Source of the DNA: Bacteroidales bacterium
GTDB taxonomy: Bacteria; Bacteroidota; Bacteroidia; Bacteroidales; ML635J-15
Reading direction: 5' to 3'
Assembly (NCBI GenBank): GCA_035343375.1
Contig: DAOQYW010000011.1
Span: 1,178-65,177 of the forward strand
Length of the DNA stretch: 64,000 nucleotides
The position numbers and the translations under genes were made by a program. The first letter of the stretch is position 1; each line of letters opens with the position of its first letter. The notes below the pieces were generated by a model. It did no database searches. It was not told where the DNA came from and saw only the letters and a program-made list of their open reading frames with translations. Below are positions 37,360-46,200 of the stretch, one piece after another.

Positions 37360-37378
37360 ACATTTAATACTTCAAGTT

Positions 37379-37828
37379 ATGGTTATAAACACAAAAGAAA
37401 TTGCCTCAAGGATAAAACTAGGAACAATGCTGCTAACTTTGGTTTATGCAGGTTTATTAGTTGCCGCATTAGTGTTTGCATGGTCTCCCAAACATTATTT
37501 TGAAATTATTTTATCAATCCTATATTTATTTTTCCTCGCTTTCATTTTTGTAAAGAATTATAGTTATATATTTTATAACTCTGATGGACTTAAAATAATA
37601 ATGAGATATACCTCTCTACAACCTCTTTCAGCTGGAAATTATTCAATAGAGATTCCAAAAAGAGATTTCGTGAAAGCCGAAATAGTTAATTCACATATAG
37701 GTTTGAGGAAAAATCTTATATTTTATGTCAAAACGCCTCAAGGTATTGCCAAATTCAAGCCGGTTAGTTTATCTATTCTTAACAAGTCACAAGTTTCGGG
37801 CATCATGGATGAATTAAATTCATTGTAA
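37379..37828 (+). CDS. Membrane protein, unknown function (2 TM plus small soluble domain)
   Basis: 149 aa. Two hydrophobic helices (LGTMLLTLVYAGLLVAALVFAW, ILSILYLFFLAFIFV) followed by about 80 soluble residues. Confidence 0.4.
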   Translation: MVINTKEIASRIKLGTMLLTLVYAGLLVAALVFAWSPKHYFEIILSILYLFFLAFIFVKNYSYIFYNSDGLKIIMRYTSLQPLSAGNYSIEIPKRDFVKAEIVNSHIGLRKNLIFYVKTPQGIAKFKPVSLSILNKSQVSGIMDELNSL

Positions 37829-37907
37829 AATAGCATAAAATTCGTAAGAATACATAAAAATTCAGACTCCCCTTTTGATGACAATAAATGCAAAGTAGAA
37901 TTATAGA

Positions 37908-39074
37908 ATGACTTGCAAAAAACCAAATAATACAGCTAGTGAAAGTCCAAAACTGATAGACGAAAGATTATATAGTCTGGCAGTTTCATTTTTATCGGGT
38001 GTAGGGGATATTAATGCAAAAAAACTTATTTCACGTTTTGGAAGTGCAGAGTCAATTTTTAAATCCTCGTTAAGCGAACTTAGAAAAGTTACCGGAATTG
38101 GAGATATGATTTCGTTGCGTTTATACAACAGTTTTTCTTCAGCAATACAAAAAGCAGAAGAAGAATTGCTATATATTTATTCAAATGAAATCGATTTTGT
38201 TACCTATACAGACCAAGACTATCCAGTCCGCCTTAAAGAATGCGATGATGCTCCAATGGTTTTGTATTACAAAGGTAAAGCTGATTTTAACAGCAAAAAA
38301 ATAATAAGTATAGTAGGTACCCGTAATGCAACAAAGTACGGAACTGATTTTTGCACAAAGTTGATTGAATCTTTATCATTAAAATATCCCGAAACAATTA
38401 TTGTAAGCGGTTTAGCATACGGAATAGACGTTGCTGCTCATAAAGAAGCCTTGAAAAATAATCTTAAGACTTGGGCTGTCATGGGTCATAGCCTCGAGAC
38501 TGTTTATCCTGCAAAACATAAAAGGATAGCGCAAAAGATAATTGATACTGACGGAGCTATTATTAGTGATTTCCCTCATGGCAGTAAAACCGAAAATTCT
38601 AATTTCGTTAAAAGAAATCGTATAGTAGCAGGTCTTTGCGATGCGTTAATAATTGTTGAATCAGGGATAAAAGGAGGATCAATGATTACAGCTAATATTG
38701 CAAATCACTATAATAAAGATGTATTTGCTCTACCGGGCAGTATAAATTCTATTTATTCAGAAGGGTGTAACAGATTAATTAAAACTAATAGAGCAAATCT
38801 AGTAGAATCACTTGAAGACATTGAATATATATTGAATTGGTCTTCTAAATCAAAAGAAATTATACAACAGAATCTACAATTAATTGAAAGTCTAAATGAA
38901 AATGAAAAAATAATTGTAGATGTACTAAAAAACTTCGAATATCTTGATATAGACAATATTTTGCGACAAACAAATCTAAGTCCTGATGTTTTGAGTTTAA
39001 GTCTTTTAGAATTGGAATTTAAAAATATAATAAGAGCACTCCCCGGAAAAATTTTTACATTAAAACTAAAATAA
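37908..39074 (+). CDS. dprA: DNA-processing protein DprA
   Basis: 388 aa. LSGVGDINAKKLISRFGS (helix-hairpin-helix-type N-terminal region), Rossmann-like core IVGTRNAT...SGLAYGIDVAAHKEAL, and FVKRNRIVAGL. Confidence 0.85.
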   Translation: MTCKKPNNTASESPKLIDERLYSLAVSFLSGVGDINAKKLISRFGSAESIFKSSLSELRKVTGIGDMISLRLYNSFSSAIQKAEEELLYIYSNEIDFVTYTDQDYPVRLKECDDAPMVLYYKGKADFNSKKIISIVGTRNATKYGTDFCTKLIESLSLKYPETIIVSGLAYGIDVAAHKEALKNNLKTWAVMGHSLETVYPAKHKRIAQKIIDTDGAIISDFPHGSKTENSNFVKRNRIVAGLCDALIIVESGIKGGSMITANIANHYNKDVFALPGSINSIYSEGCNRLIKTNRANLVESLEDIEYILNWSSKSKEIIQQNLQLIESLNENEKIIVDVLKNFEYLDIDNILRQTNLSPDVLSLSLLELEFKNIIRALPGKIFTLKLK

Positions 39075-39081
39075 TTACTAA

Positions 39082-39849
39082 ATGATTGATTCTCATTGCC
39101 ATATATATCTTGATGAATTTATTGCTGATCGAAAAGAAATCATTGACAGAGCAATTTCCTCTGGAATAACCAAAATGGTACTCCCAAATATTGACAGTAG
39201 TTCGGTAAGTCAAATGACAGAACTTAATGCACAATATCCGGGTGTTTTTATAAATACCTTAGGACTTCATCCAACTTCTGTTAAATCAGATTATAAAAAA
39301 CAACTAGAAATTATTTTTTCAAACAACATATTAATAAATGGTATAGGTGAAACTGGAATTGATTTATATTGGGATAAAACATTCATTAAAGAGCAACAGG
39401 AATCTTTTGATTATCAACTAGATAAAGCCTGCAAATTAAAATTACCAATAATAATTCACAGCAGAAATTCACTGAACGAAGTAATTGATATAGCAAAGAA
39501 TTACGTATCAAAAGGTATAGCCGGCGTTTTTCATTGCTTCCCCGGAAATAAAGAAGAAGCAAAAAAAGTAATAGATTTAGGATTCTATATTGGTATTGGA
39601 GGAGTTTTAACCTACAAGAATAATAATATGACTGAAGTTGTTTCTGAAATTCCTCTCGAAAATATTCTAACAGAAACAGACTCTCCGTATTTAACTCCTG
39701 TACCATTTAGAGGAAAAAGGAATGAGCCTTATTACTTAAAATATATTGTCGAAAAAATTGCAGAGATAAAGAATTGTGATAAAACCACTGTGGATAATAT
39801 TACTGCCGAAAACTGCAAACGGCTATTTAATCTTAAGAATTCAATATAA
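39082..39849 (+). CDS. tatD: TatD-family metal-dependent hydrolase/DNase
   Basis: 255 aa. MIDSHCHIY, GETGIDLYW, IIHSRN, HCF, and ETDSPYL motifs. Confidence 0.9.
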   Translation: MIDSHCHIYLDEFIADRKEIIDRAISSGITKMVLPNIDSSSVSQMTELNAQYPGVFINTLGLHPTSVKSDYKKQLEIIFSNNILINGIGETGIDLYWDKTFIKEQQESFDYQLDKACKLKLPIIIHSRNSLNEVIDIAKNYVSKGIAGVFHCFPGNKEEAKKVIDLGFYIGIGGVLTYKNNNMTEVVSEIPLENILTETDSPYLTPVPFRGKRNEPYYLKYIVEKIAEIKNCDKTTVDNITAENCKRLFNLKNSI

Positions 39850-40022
39850 TTATTCACAAATAAGACCTTTTTATTAACCGAGTTTAAGATAATGTGCTGA
39901 TTTACTGCATATTTTATATATCATATATCCCAGTAAGTATAACTGTTACAAATTTTAACGATATTTTTTTTTATAACATAAAATAATTTATTATTTTGCG
40001 AAACATTTTGGGCGTCGACAAA

Positions 40023-40112
40023 GGAGAGATGGCCGAGTGGTCGAAGGCGCACGCCTGGAAAGTGTGTATACGGTTTGAAGCCGTATCGTGGGTTCGAATC
40101 CCACTCTCTCCG
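40023..40112 (+). tRNA. tRNA-Ser (anticodon GGA), class II
   Basis: GGAGAGATGGCCGAGTGGTCGAAGGCGCACGCCTGGAAAGTGTGTATACGGTTTGAAGCCGTATCGTGGGTTCGAATCCCACTCTCTCCG. Acceptor stem GGAGAGA/TCTCTCC, anticodon stem CACGC/GTGTG with loop CTGGAAA, long variable arm, and T-arm GTGGG-TTCGAAT-CCCAC. Confidence 0.9.
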
Positions 40113-40198
40113 CTGATTGAAATGTTGATATAAAATAAAATATAAAAGGTTAAACATAGTATTAATTAAATAAGTTAAAATTAAAAAGTAAAATAGTC

Positions 40199-40999
40199 AT
40201 GAAAAAACTAATCGCATTGTTTACATTAGCAGGGATGCTTATTTTTGCAAGCTCATCATTAATTTATGCACAAGATGAAAACACAACAGATGAAACTGCA
40301 ACAACAGAACAAGTAGAAACAACTGAAGCTCCGGCAGATGACGCAGCTCCTCAATCTGACGAAAAACCTTTGCATCAGCAGTTAAAGATTAAGATTATTG
40401 AAGGTGGACCAATGTTTATGGGTGTTGTAATTTTATGTCTTGTTCTTGGTTTAGCTTTATGTTTTGAAAGAATTATTTATTTAAATCTTGCAACAACAAA
40501 CACCGAAAAATTACTAAAGAAGGTAGAAGCAGCACTTCAAGATGGTGGCATTGAAGCAGCAAAAGAAGTTTGTCGTAATACCAGAGGTCCTATTGCAAGT
40601 ATTTTCTATCAGGGTCTTGATCGTTATGATTCAGGTATTGATGTAGTCGAAAAATCAGTAGTTTCCTATGGCTCTGTTCAGATGGGTCAGTTGGAAAATG
40701 GCTTAACATGGATAGCTTTATTTATTGCTCTTGCTCCTATGTTAGGATTTATGGGTACTGTAATTGGTATGATCGGAGCTTTTGACGCTATTGAAGCTGC
40801 AGGTGATATTAACCCATCCTTAGTTGCCGGAGGTATTAAAGTTGCTCTTATCACAACTGTTACAGGTCTTATTGTTGCTATGGTACTTCAGGTTTTCTAT
40901 AATTATATTATAGGTAAAATTGATTCCTTAGTTAATAATATGGAAGACGCATCAATTTCTTTAATTGATATTTTAGTTGATTATAAAGCAAAAAAATAA
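40199..40999 (+). CDS. exbB: MotA/TolQ/ExbB-family proton channel protein
   Basis: 266 aa. Signal peptide plus an acidic T/E-rich periplasmic extension, then three TM helices with LGFMGTVIGMIGAF and ALITTVTGLIVA motifs. Confidence 0.85.
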   Translation: MKKLIALFTLAGMLIFASSSLIYAQDENTTDETATTEQVETTEAPADDAAPQSDEKPLHQQLKIKIIEGGPMFMGVVILCLVLGLALCFERIIYLNLATTNTEKLLKKVEAALQDGGIEAAKEVCRNTRGPIASIFYQGLDRYDSGIDVVEKSVVSYGSVQMGQLENGLTWIALFIALAPMLGFMGTVIGMIGAFDAIEAAGDINPSLVAGGIKVALITTVTGLIVAMVLQVFYNYIIGKIDSLVNNMEDASISLIDILVDYKAKK

Positions 41000-41017
41000 T
41001 TTAAAATATTTAGTATC

Positions 41018-41524
41018 ATGTTAGATAAAATAATAAAAATAGTTGGCTGGGTAGTAATCGGCGTTTCGGCTTTGATAGGAGTTCTATTCTTCTTTTCTGA
41101 TGCCAAAATGCTTGAAACCAAATTGGCTGCTACTCAAGATCTTCCGGCTGAAATGAAGATTGTTGAAATTGACAATATTGCAAATGACTGGGGAGGTTTA
41201 GTCTTAAACTTTTCTATGTATTTATTTATTGCTTGTGCTGTAATTGCAGTTGGCTTTGCTATTTACAAATTTGTAGCAGATGCGATTGACAAACCAAAAA
41301 GTGCAATTAAACCTGCAATAGCATTGGTTATTGTAGCATTGTTGATTGTCATATCATATTCATTAGCCTCAGATGCAATTCCGGTTTTTCTGGGTTCTGA
41401 CAATTTCGACATTACACCTGCTACATCAAAATGGGTTGAAACTTCATTGTACGGGATGTATATCTTATTCGGAATAACTGTATTAGCTTTAGTTTATACA
41501 GAACTTTCACGAATCTGGAGATAA
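41018..41524 (+). CDS. Four-TM membrane protein of unknown function embedded in the ExbBD operon
   Basis: 168 aa with four hydrophobic segments. Located between exbB and exbD with 18- and 37-nt gaps. Confidence 0.5.
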   Translation: MLDKIIKIVGWVVIGVSALIGVLFFFSDAKMLETKLAATQDLPAEMKIVEIDNIANDWGGLVLNFSMYLFIACAVIAVGFAIYKFVADAIDKPKSAIKPAIALVIVALLIVISYSLASDAIPVFLGSDNFDITPATSKWVETSLYGMYILFGITVLALVYTELSRIWR

Positions 41525-41561
41525 TTTTGACATTATTGCATAACAAATTAAAACAATTACT

Positions 41562-42146
41562 ATGGCAAAACGTGAAGTAGGAGAAATAAATGCAGGATCG
41601 ATGGCTGATATAGCATTCCTGTTATTAATTTTCTTCCTTGTAACAACCACAATGGATGTGGACACTGGTATTGCCCGTCAGTTACCTCCCATTCCTGAGA
41701 AAAAAGATATTACTGATATAGAAATTAATAAACGTAATGTTTTTATAGTATTAATAAATGCTCAGGACAGATTACTGGTTAACGGGAAATTAATGAATGT
41801 CGAAGATTTGAGAGAAAAAGCTATCGAGTTTATTAAAAGTGATCCTAACAATCCAAATCTTCCTGAATTGGAAGAAGTGAAAATCGATGGTATCAATAAA
41901 CCTGTTTATGTTGGAAAAGGCGTTATATCGCTTCAGAATGACAGAGGAACAACTTATGGCAGATATATCGAAGTACAAAACGAACTTGTTGCAGCATATA
42001 ACATATTGAGGGATGAAGCAGCAATGGAGTATTTCGGAAAAGAAAAATATGATAAACTTGATGAAAAACAACAAGAAGCTGTAAGAAAAATATATCCTCA
42101 AAGAATTTCTGAAGCTGAACCTAAAAATGTTGGAGGGAAAAAATAA
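41562..42146 (+). CDS. exbD: ExbD/TolR-family biopolymer transport protein (long form)
   Basis: 194 aa. N-terminal MADIAFLLLIFFLVTTTM signature TM. Confidence 0.85.
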   Translation: MAKREVGEINAGSMADIAFLLLIFFLVTTTMDVDTGIARQLPPIPEKKDITDIEINKRNVFIVLINAQDRLLVNGKLMNVEDLREKAIEFIKSDPNNPNLPELEEVKIDGINKPVYVGKGVISLQNDRGTTYGRYIEVQNELVAAYNILRDEAAMEYFGKEKYDKLDEKQQEAVRKIYPQRISEAEPKNVGGKK

Positions 42147-42619
42147 TGGCTAAATTCAATCGCAAAAAGAAAAAGGCTTCTGTTGGAATTTCAACAGCAT
42201 CTTTACCGGATATTGTTTTTATGATTCTATTCTTCTTTATGGTTACAACAGTAATGCGTGAAGTTGAACTAAAAATTGAATTAACAAATTCTGACCTTCC
42301 TGATGCTACGGAGATAAAAAAACTTGAAAAGAAATCTCTTGTTAGTTATATCTATGTTGGTAAACCAAGAAAGAATTTTCAACGTATGTATGGAACAGAA
42401 CCGCGTATTCAGTTAAATTCTGCCTTTGCAGAACTTTCTGATATCTACGAATACATTCTAGCAGAACGTGCTCAAAGAGACGAGGCTGAAGTGCCTTATA
42501 TGACAACTTCTCTTAAAGTTCATAAAGATACAAAAATGGGTATTGTAACTGATATCAAACAGGAATTAAGAAAAGCTAGTGCCTTGAAAATCAATTATTC
42601 TGCAAGAAAAGAAATTTAA
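42146..42619 (+). CDS. exbD: ExbD/TolR-family biopolymer transport protein (second copy)
   Basis: 157 aa. LPDIVFMILFFFMVTTVM signature TM. The start overlaps the upstream stop as TAATG. Confidence 0.85.
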   Translation: MAKFNRKKKKASVGISTASLPDIVFMILFFFMVTTVMREVELKIELTNSDLPDATEIKKLEKKSLVSYIYVGKPRKNFQRMYGTEPRIQLNSAFAELSDIYEYILAERAQRDEAEVPYMTTSLKVHKDTKMGIVTDIKQELRKASALKINYSARKEI

Positions 42620-42645
42620 TTTTTTTAACAATTTAATGATAATAA

Positions 42646-42677
42646 AATGCAATGCTTTATGTGTTGCATTTTTTTAT
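42646..42677 (+). terminator. Intrinsic terminator after the ExbBD operon
   Basis: AATGCAA-(11-nt loop)-TTGCATT followed by a run of seven T. Confidence 0.6.
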
Positions 42678-42764
42678 TTTGTAAAAATATTTGCTAATTT
42701 TACATTCTTTAAGCCAACCAAATTTGGCTTATGACGTTATATGCATATAAAAACTTTTAACAAT

Positions 42765-43199
42765 ATGAAAATTGTAATATTATTTTTAGCAATCTCAACA
42801 GTATTTGCAACACATTCAATGTCCCAGCAAACGCTTAATGTGGATTCTCGGTTGTCAGTTGTTTATAATCAGGATTATATAAATAACCTAATCCAAAACA
42901 ATCCTCAAGAATTAGAATATTTAAACTGGTACCTTGATAATTCGTACGCAATAATATATCCGGACTATGAAAAGCTTCAAGGAAACGCTTATCTTAAATC
43001 ATTCAATCCTATTACCAAAACTGAAGGCGATATTATAACAAACCTTGATTACAATAACATTAATGTTTTCTATTTATCTTTTGTTAGACCTTATGATAAA
43101 GATGCTATTTATAGAATTGGTGATACGGGCGATGCTATTGTATTCTTCTCAAGTAAAAAATTAGCTAAATTATTTAATCAATACCAAAAAAGTAAATAA
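42765..43199 (+). CDS. Small secreted protein of unknown function, translationally coupled to the giant cargo gene
   Basis: Start taken at the second Met (MKIVILFLAISTVFATHSMSQ signal peptide); the track start is 42741. Its TAA stop is separated by 1 nt from ATG 43201. Confidence 0.45.
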   Translation: MKIVILFLAISTVFATHSMSQQTLNVDSRLSVVYNQDYINNLIQNNPQELEYLNWYLDNSYAIIYPDYEKLQGNAYLKSFNPITKTEGDIITNLDYNNINVFYLSFVRPYDKDAIYRIGDTGDAIVFFSSKKLAKLFNQYQKSK

Positions 43200-43200
43200 T

Positions 43201-46200
43201 ATGAAAAATTTCATAATAATATTTTTGTTATTTGTCACTTATACCGTTTCGGGACAGACATATTTAATGAACTCCACAACAAATGGTACAACTATTAATA
43301 CTTGCACAGGCACTATTTATGACTCGGGTGGGGCCTCAGGTCAATATCAAAATTATGAAGATTATGTGTTTACAATTTGTAGCAACACAGGATCTACGGT
43401 TGAGTTAACAATTACATCATTTGCAACTGAAAATAATTACGACTATTTATATATTTATGACGGAACTAACACTAGTGCCCCATTAATTATATCTTCTTCT
43501 GGAAGCCCAGGAATACAGGGTCAAATATTTGAGAGTACGGGAACATGTATCACACTTCGCTTTTCATCTGATGTTAGTTCGACATTTTCTGGTTTTCAAA
43601 TTGCAATTGCATGCGGTATACCATGCCTTGACTATTCTATTGATTTAGTCTCAACAAATCCCACTGTGACAAACACAGACTCACTTTGGATAGATATATG
43701 TTTAGGAGAAAGCATTACTTTTACATCTCAAGGTACATATCCAAACAGCGGCAATGGATATACACAATCTGATGCAACAACTGATTGGTACTGGTCTGTT
43801 AGTTCTTCTGGGGCTCCAGCAGAATTTAATGGTGTTGGTATGACAAATTTTACATATACATTTGATGAATCTGGAGGATTTTTTATTGATTTATACGCTA
43901 TAGATGCGAATGGTTGTATTGAAACATATGATGAACAATTCAGAGTAAGAGTTTCAATTCCACCCTCATTTTCAAATATAACACAAGATCAGACAATTGT
44001 TTGTCCCGGCGAAGATGTTAATTTTACAGGTGATGTAACAACAAACTCATGGGTCATGTCTATTACTGACACTCAAGTTGTTCAGGAATGCATTACTGAT
44101 GACCAAGGAGTGACACAATCGTTTTGTTGGAACGTAAATGCTTTTCAACCAGGGCAGGAAATCGAATCAGGTGATGAATTGGAATCAGTCTGTATGAATA
44201 TTGAACATTCTTGGGTAGCAGACGTATGGATTTATATACAATGTCCAAATGGTCAACAAGCTGAAATCAATTATTACAGTACTAGTAATCCGTGTTCAGG
44301 AGATGAATTTGGCAACCCTGATGAATTGGACAACTGTAATCCAGGAGTAGGATATGATTATTGTTGGACAATGGATGCTACACAATGTCATACAGACTGG
44401 TGTGATGACATTGGAGGCATTATTCCTTCCGGAGATTATTTACCTACAGGTGATTTTAATGATTTAGTTGGTTGTCCAATTAACGGAGAGTGGTGTGTTG
44501 TGATAATTGATGACTGGGGTAGTGACGACGGTACTTTATTTGCAGTTTCAATGAATTTCGATAATTCCATTCTTCCAGTTGATACATGGAGTATGAGTCA
44601 TACTTACGATTCCAATGATATGACATGGTCAGGTGATGGTATAAATCCAAATTCAGGAGGTACTGCAACAGCAAATCCGACTACACCCGGTGATCAAACA
44701 TATACCTTTTCAGTTGTAGATGATTTCGGTTGTCAATATGACACTACATTAACAGTTCACGTTAGGAATTTTGACGATGCATTATGTTGTGAATACCCCA
44801 CTACTTCAGCTGGCACTGACGCCCATGTTTGTACCGACACCTATACTTTTAATGCTACTCTTGGTACTGGAAACACTGGTACTTGGTCTGTTATTAGTGG
44901 TCCGGGAACTGTCAGTTGGGCAAATCAAAACTCACCTCACGCTACTGCAACAGTAGATACTTGGGGAGTATATGAATTTGAATGGACTGAACAACATCTG
45001 ACACCAACCTGTAGTAATTCTGATCAGGTTATAGTTGAATTCTATCCTGTTCCTACAACAACATTTACTTATGATCCGATTTTATGTAATGGAGACCATA
45101 GTATAATCACATATATTGGAAATGTTGATGCTACAGCAACTTATAACTGGGATTTTGATGGAGCAACAATTGTAAGTGGTTCTGGACAAGGTCCTTACGA
45201 AATATACTGGACTTCGGGAGGGACTCATTACATGGCTCTTCAGGTAAGTGCTAACGGTTGCGATTCACCTGATACTCTTGTTAATATTATAAATCCCGCT
45301 TTGCTGACGCATACTTTAGAAGTATTTGACGATCCTTGTTTCCAGAGTTGTAACGGACGTGCAGAAATTAATGTAACCGGAGGAACAACACCTTATGATT
45401 ATTCATGGTCAGCCTCATCCAGTGTTTTAGCAAATGTTTGTGCAGGAGATTACTCTATCACAGTAATAGATGCAAATGGCTGTACAACCGGTGAAGATTT
45501 TACTATCAATCAACCACCCGAATTGGTTATTAATGATATTTCATTTACACATTTAACTTGCTATCAATCCGATGATGGAACTATAACTGTTGATGCAGCA
45601 GGTGGAACAGGGACAATATACTATATATGGTCTGATATTGGAAACGGGCTTTCTTCAAGAACTGGTCTGATTGCAGGTAACTATTGTGTTACAGTACAAG
45701 ATGACAATGGATGTACTTTAATGGAATGTATTGATATTACCCAACCTGATGAGCTGGTAGTTGTTACATCATCTAATGTAGCTATTTGTGAAGGTACCCA
45801 AACGGTTTTACAAGCAACGGCTATGGGTGGAACACCTGCATATACATATCTCTGGGATCAAGGAGAGGGTTATAATCCTGCTTCATCTTCACTTACTTTA
45901 ACACCAGATACCACTACTACTTATTATGTATCTGTTACTGATGCTAACGGATGCGAAAGCAATATAGCTACAATTGTAGTTACCGTAAGCCCCGAAATGG
46001 TTATAGATTCAATAATATTACAGCACAACAGATGCTACAACTCCTGCGATGGACGAGCTGAGATAGTTATGCATGGCGGATTATATCCGCTACAGTACAG
46101 TTGGGGTTCTCCAAATCATATTTATGATGGTTTATGTGAAGGCATTTACACTGTTACAGTCACTGACCTTATCGGTTGTACTGTAAGTGACATGTTTATC

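Noticed and set aside
39921-40157. 78-aa minus-strand ORF
   Set aside because: It overlaps tRNA-Ser(GGA) in antisense, so it is spurious.
42710-42731. Hairpin TAAGCCAA-N6-TTGGCTTA just upstream of the 42741/42765 ORF as a regulatory element
   Set aside because: It is a single 8-bp stem with no flanking T-tract or known motif. It could equally be part of the promoter or leader, so there is not enough evidence to call a feature.
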